The notes under the pieces: model-generated
What the model saw: the letters and a program-made list of their open reading frames with translations, nothing else
Database searches by the model: none
Told to the model about the DNA's origin: nothing
Part shown: in pieces, positions 20,012 through 28,072 of the stretch
Position numbering within the stretch: position 1 is the first letter of the stretch
Layout: each line of letters begins with the position of its first letter
Program-made: the position numbers and the translations under genes
From: Marinobacter alexandrii
GTDB taxonomy: Bacteria > Bacteroidota > Bacteroidia > Cytophagales > Cyclobacteriaceae
Length of the DNA: 64,000 nt
NCBI GenBank assembly: GCA_039984955.1
Contig: JBDWTN010000008.1
Coordinates: 23,506 to 87,505, forward strand
Direction: 5' to 3'

Positions 20012-20929
20012 ATGACTATGGAGTATAAGATAAAGACGTATGATACTTCCGGGTTTATGGATAAGTACATTGATCTGAAGCTCAAAAAAGAAGAAAAGGT
20101 CAATGAAGGTAACGGCACTTTCCTCATCATGCCTGTCCAGCAAATGCTCAAAGCCTCCAAACTTCCTGTTCCGCCTACCAGAGCTACAACACATACGCTT
20201 ATTTTCTTAACGGAAGGTAAAGCATCAATGAAAATTGGGCTTCACCCTGTTCATGCTCAACAGGGCGAATGCATGATTGTCCCAGCAGGACAGATTTTTA
20301 GCTATAGAGAGTACGAAATAAATGATGGCTACATCATCGTATTTGACAATCACTTTCTGATTGGAAAGATCGGAAATACAGAACTACTGAAAGACTTTGA
20401 ATTCCTGAATGTATGGGGGAATCCTACTGTTCATCCGGATACGCAAACTGCCACTTACATTATTCAAACACTAAATAGGATATATAATGAGTATGCCGCC
20501 AATGGAATTAAAAATCAGGAGCTTTTACAGACCTACTTATTAGCAGCATTATTTGAATTAAAAAAAGTCTATAAACCACTTTCACTAAATAAGAGTAAGA
20601 GAGCTGTTGAAATCTCTAATAGGTTCAAAGATTTGGTGCATACGAACATAAGGGAGCTTCACAAGGTTTCAGATTATGCATCCATAATCAACGTCACTAC
20701 AAACCATCTCAACAAAACGGTTAAAGTGGTCACCGGTCGCCCGGCTTCCAAATGGATTGAAGAGATGCTTATCATTGAAGCGAAAGTCCTTCTCTTTCAA
20801 ACCAATGACCCCATCAATGCTATTGCAGCGGAATTAGGAATCTTGGACCATTCTTACTTTAGTCGATTATTCAAAAAACTTGAAGGGGTATCGCCACGGA
20901 GATTTAGAAAATTGATTGATAAGTCCTAA
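20012..20929 (+). CDS. AraC family transcriptional regulator
   Basis: C-terminal AraC/XylS double HTH (VSDYASIINVTTNHLNKTVK..., INAIAAELGILDHSYFSRLFKKLEGVSPRRFR). Confidence 0.85.
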   Translation: MTMEYKIKTYDTSGFMDKYIDLKLKKEEKVNEGNGTFLIMPVQQMLKASKLPVPPTRATTHTLIFLTEGKASMKIGLHPVHAQQGECMIVPAGQIFSYREYEINDGYIIVFDNHFLIGKIGNTELLKDFEFLNVWGNPTVHPDTQTATYIIQTLNRIYNEYAANGIKNQELLQTYLLAALFELKKVYKPLSLNKSKRAVEISNRFKDLVHTNIRELHKVSDYASIINVTTNHLNKTVKVVTGRPASKWIEEMLIIEAKVLLFQTNDPINAIAAELGILDHSYFSRLFKKLEGVSPRRFRKLIDKS

Positions 20930-21059
20930 TTACTGATTCCTCTATCCTAACAACGAATCAATTCAAGTTCGAACTTTGCATCAAATGAAAAACGAATATA
21001 AATGACGATTGGCGCAGAAGCATTCACGCATTTCGTAAACCATTCGTTTCCTAATACAA

Positions 21060-21518
21060 ATGTATCAATACTTACTCCCCATTCATTCCGTTCTGCGTTG
21101 GCTGATATTACTTTTCTTATTTACATCGATTTTAAGAACTGTTGCAGGTTATTACAGAAACCATACATTTACCAAATGGGATAATGTGTTGAGGCACTGG
21201 ACAGCCACAGTTGGGCATATCCAAATGATTGTGGGTATACTATTGTATATAAAAAGCCCGATTGTCCAGTACTATTGGGACTCACCATATCCTATAAATG
21301 GTGAAGCATTGTTTTTTTCAGTCTATCATATTGCGTTGATGATACTTGCCATTGTCATCCTGACAATCGGGTCGGCAATGGCAAAACGGAAAGAGACAGA
21401 CAAACAGAAGTTCAAGACTATTTTGATATGGTATAGCCTATGCTTGGTAATAATGTTCGTCTCGATCCCCTGGCCATTTTCACCTTTTGCTAACAGACTA
21501 TACTTAAGACCATTTTAA
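21060..21518 (+). CDS. hypothetical 4-TM membrane protein
   Basis: 152 aa with four hydrophobic helices. Its stop overlaps the start of the next ORF (TAATG). Confidence 0.55.
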   Translation: MYQYLLPIHSVLRWLILLFLFTSILRTVAGYYRNHTFTKWDNVLRHWTATVGHIQMIVGILLYIKSPIVQYYWDSPYPINGEALFFSVYHIALMILAIVILTIGSAMAKRKETDKQKFKTILIWYSLCLVIMFVSIPWPFSPFANRLYLRPF

Positions 21519-21844
21519 TGATAAAGAAATTCTTGTTTAACCCTATTGGGCGGCTCAGATTAATAGCCTTTTTAGAAGGGGTGTCTCTTATTCTACTAGT
21601 CTTCATTGCAGTACCCCTTAAATATATGCTTGATAGTCCTCAAGCTGTTAAAGCAATTGGCCCTATACACGGAGCTCTTTTCCTATTATTTATATTCAGC
21701 TCCCTTGGCGTTGGTATAGAACAAAGCTGGAAGTTTAAAAAAACGACATGGATAGTCATCCTGGCTTGCTTCATACCCTTTGGCACATTTTACATCGACA
21801 ATAGAATTCTCCGAAAACTTCATGGAGACAATGAGTTCTCTTGA
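21518..21844 (+). CDS. DUF3817-like small membrane protein
   Basis: 108 aa. The pattern LRLIAFLEGVSLILLVFIAVPLKYML...IGPIHGALFLLF and the three-helix layout match the DUF3817 family as I recall it. Confidence 0.6.
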   Translation: MIKKFLFNPIGRLRLIAFLEGVSLILLVFIAVPLKYMLDSPQAVKAIGPIHGALFLLFIFSSLGVGIEQSWKFKKTTWIVILACFIPFGTFYIDNRILRKLHGDNEFS

Positions 21845-21857
21845 AATAGGTATGTAT

Positions 21858-22763
21858 TCAAAAGCTTTCCTCCGTTAGCTCTTTGTTAATCGCTGCACCT
21901 GCAATGTTACCACCGTAAACAGCTGTTGCAACAGAACGCATCATGGTGCTGTTATCTCCACAGGCAAATACACCATTGATATTAGTCTTTTGCATAGAGT
22001 CTACTTTTATATATCCCTGCTCGGTAAGTTCACAGCCTAAACTGACTGGTATGTCAGAACTTTGCTCAAAAGGGATCGGTGCGTAGACTGCATCAAAAGA
22101 TTCCTTGCTGCTGTCTTTGAAAACAACAGTCTTTACCTGTCCATTTTCGTGAGTGATTTCTACAACTTCCTTTTCCATGATTCTGATATTACGCATTTTC
22201 AGTTTTTCTGATTGACCTTTATCAAATGTTGGTTTCCCTGAGGTTAGAATAGCCGACTCTTTGGTCAGGTTATGGACTAACGGAGCAAGATGAAAAGCGC
22301 TATCACCATTAGCCAGAATAGCTGTTTTTTGATTTTTAAATTCATAACCGTGACAGTAAGGACAATGTATCACAGATATCCCCCAACAATCTGCAAATCC
22401 AGTTATACTTGGTATTAGGTCTTTTATGCCTGTAGCAATGACTATTTTCTTAGTCGTAAATGTGTCTCCATCTGAATTGATAATTTCAAAACCTCTGGAA
22501 GTCTTTTTTCCGCTATTGGCAAACCCTTCATAAAACCTGATGGTATCATACTTGGAAACTTGCAGCTTAGCAATATTTGAAATCTTTTCAGGTGTACTTC
22601 CATCTTGTGTTAGAAAATTATGAGAATGAGGGGTTTGACGATTACATGGTTTTCCTGCATCCATGATCAATGTCTTTCTAAGTGAGCGTCCTAAAGTTAA
22701 TGATGCAGAAAGCCCTGCATAACTTCCCCCAATAATTATTACTTCAAAATCATTATTGTCCAT
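21858..22763 (-). CDS. NAD(P)/FAD-dependent oxidoreductase (thioredoxin-reductase-like)
   Basis: N-terminal FAD motif VIIIGGSYAGLSA, redox-type CPYCHG motif, and C-terminal GVFACGD flavin motif. Confidence 0.85.
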   Translation of the reverse strand: MDNNDFEVIIIGGSYAGLSASLTLGRSLRKTLIMDAGKPCNRQTPHSHNFLTQDGSTPEKISNIAKLQVSKYDTIRFYEGFANSGKKTSRGFEIINSDGDTFTTKKIVIATGIKDLIPSITGFADCWGISVIHCPYCHGYEFKNQKTAILANGDSAFHLAPLVHNLTKESAILTSGKPTFDKGQSEKLKMRNIRIMEKEVVEITHENGQVKTVVFKDSSKESFDAVYAPIPFEQSSDIPVSLGCELTEQGYIKVDSMQKTNINGVFACGDNSTMMRSVATAVYGGNIAGAAINKELTEESF

Positions 22764-22990
22764 TGTCGTATTACCTTTAGTGGAAAGTGTTGCCCTATGC
22801 TACACTTTCATTTTTGGTAAAAGTAATAGATATTTACATAAATGCAATAGTGTTGCATTTATGATTATTTGCTTTGTCAGAAGCTTATAAAGCTCCAGAT
22901 ATTCTCCAGTGCCCCAAAGAATAATTTATAACTTGTAAGATGATGATTATCATAAAGTTTGAGATTGCAACCAACTAAAATCTATTGACC

Positions 22991-23695
22991 ATGAAGATTG
23001 GCATTATTGGATCCGGCAATATGGGTGGACAAATTGGTCGACTGTGGGGGTTGGCAGGTCACGAAGTGATGTTTAGCTCAAGAAACCCACAAAAGCTATT
23101 ACCATTGATTGACGACCTTGAAGCTGGCCAAGTAGGAACAGTAGCAAACGCTATTGAATTTGGTGAAGTAATTCTTTTAGCAATAAACTATTGGACAATT
23201 AAGGAAGCCATTGAGCCATTAAGAAACTCAGATAAAATCATTATTGACCTTACCAATCCATACAAATGGTCTGAAAAAGAAGGTTTAGAGCGAGTGATAG
23301 AGGAAGATACATCCGGAGCTGAAACTCTGCATGCTGAATTGAAGACATCTGTCATAATAAAAGCTTTTTCCTCACATTCGGCAGATGCTCTTGCGAAACA
23401 CCACTCAAATCCAAGGATAAGCGTACTCTATACTTGCAATAAGAAAGAAGGAAAAACAGTGGCCGAAACCTTAATAAAAGATCGGGATATCTATGTCTGT
23501 TTTATGGAAAAAGACAGGACATGGACAAAACCAATTAACCTTGGAGATCCAGTAAATACAAGTGCTAATGAAGGAGTTCCGAGTATCAGTCCAGATGGTA
23601 AATACATGTTTTTTGGAAGAGAAGAACAAGACGGGACAGGAAATATCTATTGGGTGAGCACTGAGATCATTGAGCAAGTAAGACCTGCCGACTGA
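22991..23695 (+). pseudogene. chimeric ORF: NADP-oxidoreductase (F420-dependent/ProC-like) N-terminal domain fused to the last PD40/TolB-like beta-propeller repeat of another gene
   Basis: The Rossmann start is MKIGIIGSGNMGGQIG. Family-like sequence runs to ..GKTVAETLIKD (about nt 23482). It then switches abruptly to RDIYVCFMEKDRTWTKPINLGDPVNTSANEGVPSISPDGKYMFFGRE..GNIYWVSTEIIE, a typical C-terminal PD40 repeat. ATG 22991 is preferred over the TTG at 22985. Confidence 0.55.
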
Positions 23696-23698
23696 TGA

Positions 23699-23836
23699 TC
23701 AACCAAAGTATAAATCGCGAATGATGTCACTTAATTTTTGGCCTTTACTGCTAATGATCAAATGGGTATGATTTGTCATAGGTTTATTAGCTGAATTATT
23801 ACAAATCCATTTTTCTCCATGCTCTTCCAGATACCC
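23699..23836 (-). pseudogene. remnant of an HUH (Y1, IS200/REP-associated-type) transposase
   Basis: The open fragment translates to GYLEEHGEKWICNNSANKPMTNHTHLIISSKGQKLSDIIRDLYFG*. It contains the HUH-type motif (N-H-x-H-L-I) and the following LSDIIRD segment characteristic of this family. It is truncated at both ends. Confidence 0.5.
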
Positions 23837-23930
23837 TTAGGAACATCTGGAGAAGCATGGAGAGGGCATATTCTGAATTACAGCCTATTAGTCCGAGGAT
23901 GAGCAACCTCGTCAAATGTTCAAAAAATTA

Positions 23931-26027
23931 TCACCTCAGTGGAATAGTAGAATCTTGAGTTATTCGATTAGGAAGCAATTCAACGTATAAACTAGAAGTA
24001 TTTACCGTCATGTGCTTTACTTTCTCAACCCTCATTTCTCCATTCCCAAATGTTGCCACAAGATAACTGCCATAAATCGGGCTACCTGACTGGTATATTG
24101 GCACTCTGTATTTATCACGGTACGAACCATACCTGCCTAATTGGGGGTGCAAATGCCCGGCAAACACCGCCGTGATATTATCGTACCTAGAGATGATGTT
24201 TTCGAAATCACGTCGTTCAGACCCTTTGAAGTGCATCTTGCGATCATGAAGATTAAGGATCACGGATTTTCCTCTCCGATAGGCTTGCTCCAGATCTCTT
24301 TCGAGCCAGGCGAGTGATGATCTGATTTTATAAAAATTGCTTCGATCCACCTCGTAGGTTGGATAATTGTGGAGCTGCACAAAATGAATACTGCCAATCT
24401 CCCAAGAATAGGCCAGACTTCCTTGTTCGTCTTTGCTGTTCCAATCAAAGCCGGTAATAGGTAATTGCATAACGTCCTTGATCAAGTGATGTTTGATTAG
24501 CATTTCTGAGCCCTTGCTAAGATGATTGGCATAGTCGTGATTACCCAGACCCGGGTAAAGTGTTATTTCACGTAGGTCTTCATTTTCTTTATACATCAGC
24601 TCGTACTTTTTTCGGTTACTCCTAGCTGGTTTTTCTGTTAAATCCCCATTAATTATAAGTCCTTTAACATCGATAGAGCTTCTTCTGTTTTTGAGTTGAA
24701 CAATACTCCTAATCTGGCTGATATTAGCCTTCTCGGATTTTTTTTTATTATGATGATTACCGATCAGTATGTAACCGGTGGTATCATGGCCCAATTCCAT
24801 AACTCTATAAAATTGAGGGTCTCCAGTAACAACCATGTAATAAGAATCATCGTGAATGTGAGCTGTCTGAATGTCCAAATGCCAGTCATAAGTGGTGTTA
24901 CGCATTGTATCCGGATGTAGATACGCTCCAGTTGAAATATTTTTGATAGCATAGGATCTGGTGGAATTACTGTAGGTCAATGCCCACAATGACTTTTCAT
25001 GTATGTCGTCATCCGTCGGAATTCCACTTACTTCACTCAGGTATTGGGTTTCCCTAGACCTATTGCTCGCTGTGCGATTGATAATTCGATAACTATTATT
25101 AGGACCCTTAACGAACTGATAGTTTTTTGCATCAAACATGGTGGGGACTCCTGCTGAGCTTAAAATTTTATACTGATGATCAATTGAATTTAAAACATCT
25201 CCATAAGGTAGCACAGGGTTGCTTGTAGATACAAGTTTGAAAACTTCTGCATCTTTGTTAAAGGAATTGTTACCGATATATCCGGTAATGAGGTTATCCG
25301 TAGACTGTATGATTTTACATTTTTGGAGTCCCGATCCTGTTGATTCTAAAGTTAGTCTTCCGGAAGATTTAGTAAGAAACAATTCTTCCCTGCCATTCCT
25401 ATTTGTGAACCTTACAGATCCATCATGTTCTGGCCAAACTTGCCACTCCTGAGACTTGAATCCATTGTTTGATTTGAAAGAGCAATCCTTACCATTCCAT
25501 TCCAGGTATTTTGAATCTTTTTCAATTTTAACATACGTTGTTGGAGCCGGAAAATTTATCGGAGAGTTCAGTGAAAAAGTCCAGTAATCAATTGTAGATG
25601 AAATAACAAACGCGCCATCGTTTAAAGCCATAAATCGATCAGGGCCAATAGGCACTGGAAGGATACTATCGCCAACAATAGGATCCAGTACAATTTTAAA
25701 CTCCAATGCCTTTTTGGTCGTGCTGGCCAAAGGACTAGTCGGACTAAGGAACAGATCTTTGGAGTAGGCCGAATTAGCAATGTAATGATGGTCATCACCC
25801 ATAACCACCTTCCAGGTCTTGGTAGAAAGCGGATCGTCATTGGGGCTTAAGTATAAATTACCCCCGTTATCAACAGCCAAATACTGGCCTGTGGAATTGT
25901 TTTTAATGCTGTAATAGTGAGTTGTAACAGGTTGTGAATGAGTTGGAATATTGATTGAAATGTAAAAAAAGATGAAAAGTACGATTAGACGAAATCCTTG
26001 TCTGGTTAAGTTGATTTTAGGTAGCAT
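23931..26027 (-). CDS. secreted calcineurin-like metallophosphoesterase with N-terminal ricin-type (QxW) beta-trefoil-like repeats
   Basis: A signal-like N-terminus is followed by repeated Y-x-I-K-N-x-S-T-G-x-Y-L modules. QxW-like motifs are present (KTWKV, QEWQVW, SLWAL). The C-terminal phosphoesterase motifs are GNHDYANH, LNLHDR and FAGHLH. Confidence 0.7.
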   Translation of the reverse strand: MLPKINLTRQGFRLIVLFIFFYISINIPTHSQPVTTHYYSIKNNSTGQYLAVDNGGNLYLSPNDDPLSTKTWKVVMGDDHHYIANSAYSKDLFLSPTSPLASTTKKALEFKIVLDPIVGDSILPVPIGPDRFMALNDGAFVISSTIDYWTFSLNSPINFPAPTTYVKIEKDSKYLEWNGKDCSFKSNNGFKSQEWQVWPEHDGSVRFTNRNGREELFLTKSSGRLTLESTGSGLQKCKIIQSTDNLITGYIGNNSFNKDAEVFKLVSTSNPVLPYGDVLNSIDHQYKILSSAGVPTMFDAKNYQFVKGPNNSYRIINRTASNRSRETQYLSEVSGIPTDDDIHEKSLWALTYSNSTRSYAIKNISTGAYLHPDTMRNTTYDWHLDIQTAHIHDDSYYMVVTGDPQFYRVMELGHDTTGYILIGNHHNKKKSEKANISQIRSIVQLKNRRSSIDVKGLIINGDLTEKPARSNRKKYELMYKENEDLREITLYPGLGNHDYANHLSKGSEMLIKHHLIKDVMQLPITGFDWNSKDEQGSLAYSWEIGSIHFVQLHNYPTYEVDRSNFYKIRSSLAWLERDLEQAYRRGKSVILNLHDRKMHFKGSERRDFENIISRYDNITAVFAGHLHPQLGRYGSYRDKYRVPIYQSGSPIYGSYLVATFGNGEMRVEKVKHMTVNTSSLYVELLPNRITQDSTIPLR

Positions 26028-26112
26028 TGATACTATTCGTTATGTGAAAATTAATGAAGTAAATGTATTTATGCGGACATAGAGAAGTCTGTAAATAATC
26101 GTCAAAAATGAC

Positions 26113-26922
26113 TTATCGCGCTTTCTTCATCACTTCTCGAAGTATTTCAAAATTGGGCCCGAGATAATCTGCAGGTTTGACATTAGCGAAGCGCAAAAAA
26201 TCTTTTGTCAGATGCGATTGATCAAAGTAATCGTACCAACAGATCATGTCATTGATCGGATGTTTATTGCTGATTTTTCTTATGAGAAGGTTGAATTTTA
26301 CCAATCGAATATAAAGAGAAGTTGTAACTCCTACATACTTCAGAAAGTACCTATTCAAAGTGCTCTGGGAGCATTTGCTTCTAGACAAAAGCTCATCGAT
26401 TGAAACCAGGCCTTCTGAGGTTTTGATATGCTTAATGATATCATCTATCGGCGTAGTTTTCATCTGAGGAACATGTTTTTCAAAAAAATGATGCATTAAA
26501 TCAACGAAGGCCTCAATACCTTCGACATGCTTTACCTGATGATACAACTTCTCCGTTTCTTTTATACCTAAGATTTCATCTAGTGGCAAAAACCTGTCCT
26601 GATAATCACTTGCTTGTCTACCAGTGATCTTGTAGAAGCTACATTCGTGCAGTACGGCAATGTAATAGATTGATTTTTTTGGTTTATTATAATTTAGGTA
26701 ATGATCTCGAACCGGCTTCAGATAACTTTTAGGACTCTTTACCCATTCGTCTTTTATCTTAATATCGCACCCGTTATAATCAAATATGATGTAGCTTTTG
26801 TCGAAAGCAGGTAAAGGCTCATTAATAACTTCTTCAATATGGATAGCTTTGGCAAAAAGGCTAAAATAAGAATTTTCTTCAGGTAAGAAGTAATCGATTG
26901 TTACACTCATGATTAGTTCCAA
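26113..26922 (-). CDS. AraC-type HTH domain protein
   Basis: C-terminal HTH_18-like region (CSQSTLNRYFLKYVGVTTSLYIRLVKFN...FDQSHLTKDFLRFANVKPADYL). Confidence 0.7.
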   Translation of the reverse strand: MELIMSVTIDYFLPEENSYFSLFAKAIHIEEVINEPLPAFDKSYIIFDYNGCDIKIKDEWVKSPKSYLKPVRDHYLNYNKPKKSIYYIAVLHECSFYKITGRQASDYQDRFLPLDEILGIKETEKLYHQVKHVEGIEAFVDLMHHFFEKHVPQMKTTPIDDIIKHIKTSEGLVSIDELLSRSKCSQSTLNRYFLKYVGVTTSLYIRLVKFNLLIRKISNKHPINDMICWYDYFDQSHLTKDFLRFANVKPADYLGPNFEILREVMKKAR

Positions 26923-27027
26923 TGTAGGAATTTATGTAGTTTACATTACCAATTTCAAAGAAAAAAATCCCCCCATTATCGTCCTCGCTTGCAATGAGGA
27001 TGTGAAAGAGTAAAAGCATTATAATAG

Positions 27028-27207
27028 CTGAAATACTCGCTTCCTCGACGGAAATACCTGTCCTTTCAATCTTATAATAAGAGTAAAGCAGCTGCAGCAG
27101 TCACATTATATAGTAGTAAGGAACTTCCAATAAGTGAGATAACATCAACTCTTGGGATAAGTAGGTCTACTCTCTATGAGTACTTGAGAAGGGAAGTAGT
27201 TATGTGA
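27028..27207 (+). pseudogene. remnant of serine recombinase (resolvase/invertase) C-terminal HTH domain
   Basis: The open fragment with no start codon translates to ..LPRRKYLSFQSYNKSKAAAAVTLYSSKELPISEITSTLGISRSTLYEYLRREVVM*. The xISEIxxxLGISRSTLYxYL pattern is the resolvase HTH_7 signature. The catalytic N-domain is absent. Confidence 0.5.
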
Positions 27208-27291
27208 CTATTAAAAACACTACAATTTAAACGTTGATACACTACATTTCATTCTGTACTCTACAACAGCATTTCACTGTTATACATTCAA

Positions 27292-27312
27292 ATTCCCCCA
27301 CATCCCCCCACC
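27292..27312. repeat. C-tract element related (in inverted sense) to the dcw G-tract repeats
   Basis: ATTCCCCCACATCCCCCCACC. It shares the ATTCCCCC head with the four dcw repeats. Its complement contains GGGGGGATGTGGGGG, similar to the GGGGGATGTA tail of the long repeat form. Confidence 0.35.
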
Positions 27313-27455
27313 AAATTTCATTTTTTAACTTTTTCTAGACTTTTTTATTAAAAACCTTCCTATTCCCTAGAAGATTCATATCTCACTGACTTTCAATTCA
27401 TTTCCTTATTCCTTAAGATCATTGATTTAGGTATAATAATTAACTTTTTTTACGT

Positions 27456-27492
27456 TCTGTGTGTGAAAGTGGGAGAAAGTGGAGGAAAATAG
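27456..27492 (+). promoter_or_regulatory. candidate MraZ operator: 10-bp-phased direct repeats
   Basis: The array reads TCTGTGT-gtg-AAAGTGG-gag-AAAGTGG-agg-AAAATAG. Heptamers with 3-nt spacers (10-bp phasing) sit directly upstream of the putative -7 box and 51 nt upstream of the mraZ ATG. This matches published MraZ operator architecture (phased GTGG/TGGG-type direct repeats). Confidence 0.6.
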
Positions 27493-27503
27493 GAATAATT
27501 GTT

Positions 27504-27511
27504 TAAGTTTG
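27504..27511 (+). promoter_or_regulatory. candidate Bacteroidota -7 promoter box for the dcw operon
   Basis: TAAGTTTG matches the TAnnTTTG -7 consensus and lies 32 nt upstream of the mraZ ATG. No clean TTTG -33 element was seen. Confidence 0.4.
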
Positions 27512-27542
27512 CTACGGTGGTTTATATTTTTCAAGGCTCAGT

Positions 27543-27986
27543 ATGGCGTTTTTTACAAGCGAGTATGAGTGTAAGTTGGATACTAAAGGAAGGTTGGTCT
27601 TGCCTGCAAAGATCAAGAACAACCTTCCGGAGGTCTCCACTGCAGAACTAGTAATTAGGAAAGGATTCGAACCTAACCTAATCCTCTACCCAATGGTGGA
27701 GTATAAAAAGATACACCACAAGATCTCATCACTTAGTGAATTCGATCCTGAACAACGAAAGTTGAAAAGGACATTTTTCAGGAGTATCGCCCAGGTGGAA
27801 CTGGATAGCGCTAACCGCATCTTGATCCCTAAGCAGATGCTCGCTCATGCACAGATAGAAAAGGAAGCACTCCTTATTGGCACGGGCAACTATATAGAAA
27901 TGTGGAATCCTGAAGTATTTGATAAGCACATGATTGATGATGCAGGAGAGTACTCAGCTTTAGCGCAGAAGTTTCTTGATGAATAG
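27543..27986 (+). CDS. mraZ: transcriptional regulator MraZ
   Basis: 147 aa with two SpoVT/AbrB-like halves (KLDTKGRLVLPAKIK..., ELDSANRILIPKQML). It is the first gene of the dcw cluster. Confidence 0.95.
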   Translation: MAFFTSEYECKLDTKGRLVLPAKIKNNLPEVSTAELVIRKGFEPNLILYPMVEYKKIHHKISSLSEFDPEQRKLKRTFFRSIAQVELDSANRILIPKQMLAHAQIEKEALLIGTGNYIEMWNPEVFDKHMIDDAGEYSALAQKFLDE

Positions 27987-28008
27987 CTGGAAACTAATTA
28001 AAGAAGCA

Positions 28009-28060
28009 ATTCCCCCTTGCGAGGGGGGTGTGTTGGGTAGTGAGAGGGCAGGGGGATGTA
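28009..28060 (+). repeat. dcw C5/G5 hairpin + G-tract repeat, long form (mraZ|rsmH gap)
   Basis: ATTCCCCCTTGCGAGGGGGGTGTGTTGGGTAGTGAGAGGGCAGGGGGATGTA. It has a C5/G6 hairpin and four G3+ tracts, and is homologous to 33071-33122. Confidence 0.7.
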
Positions 28061-28072
28061 AAATCTACTGCT

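Noticed and set aside
20965-20976. 12-nt perfect palindrome AAGTTCGAACTT downstream of the AraC gene.
   Set aside because: It is short, AT-rich apart from the central TTCGAA, and has no T-run or partner site. It is within chance expectation for a 64-kb window.
21002-21184. 60-aa ORF overlapping the 5' end of the 152-aa membrane protein gene.
   Set aside because: It lies out of frame over a longer, hydrophobic, operon-coupled ORF. It is a likely shadow ORF.
28028-28072. N-terminal extension of rsmH from a GTG start (MCWVVRGQGDVKSTA-) as given in the ORF track.
   Set aside because: The extension is simply the translated G-tract repeat. The conserved RsmH N-terminus (MSEYHNPVML) begins at ATG 28073.
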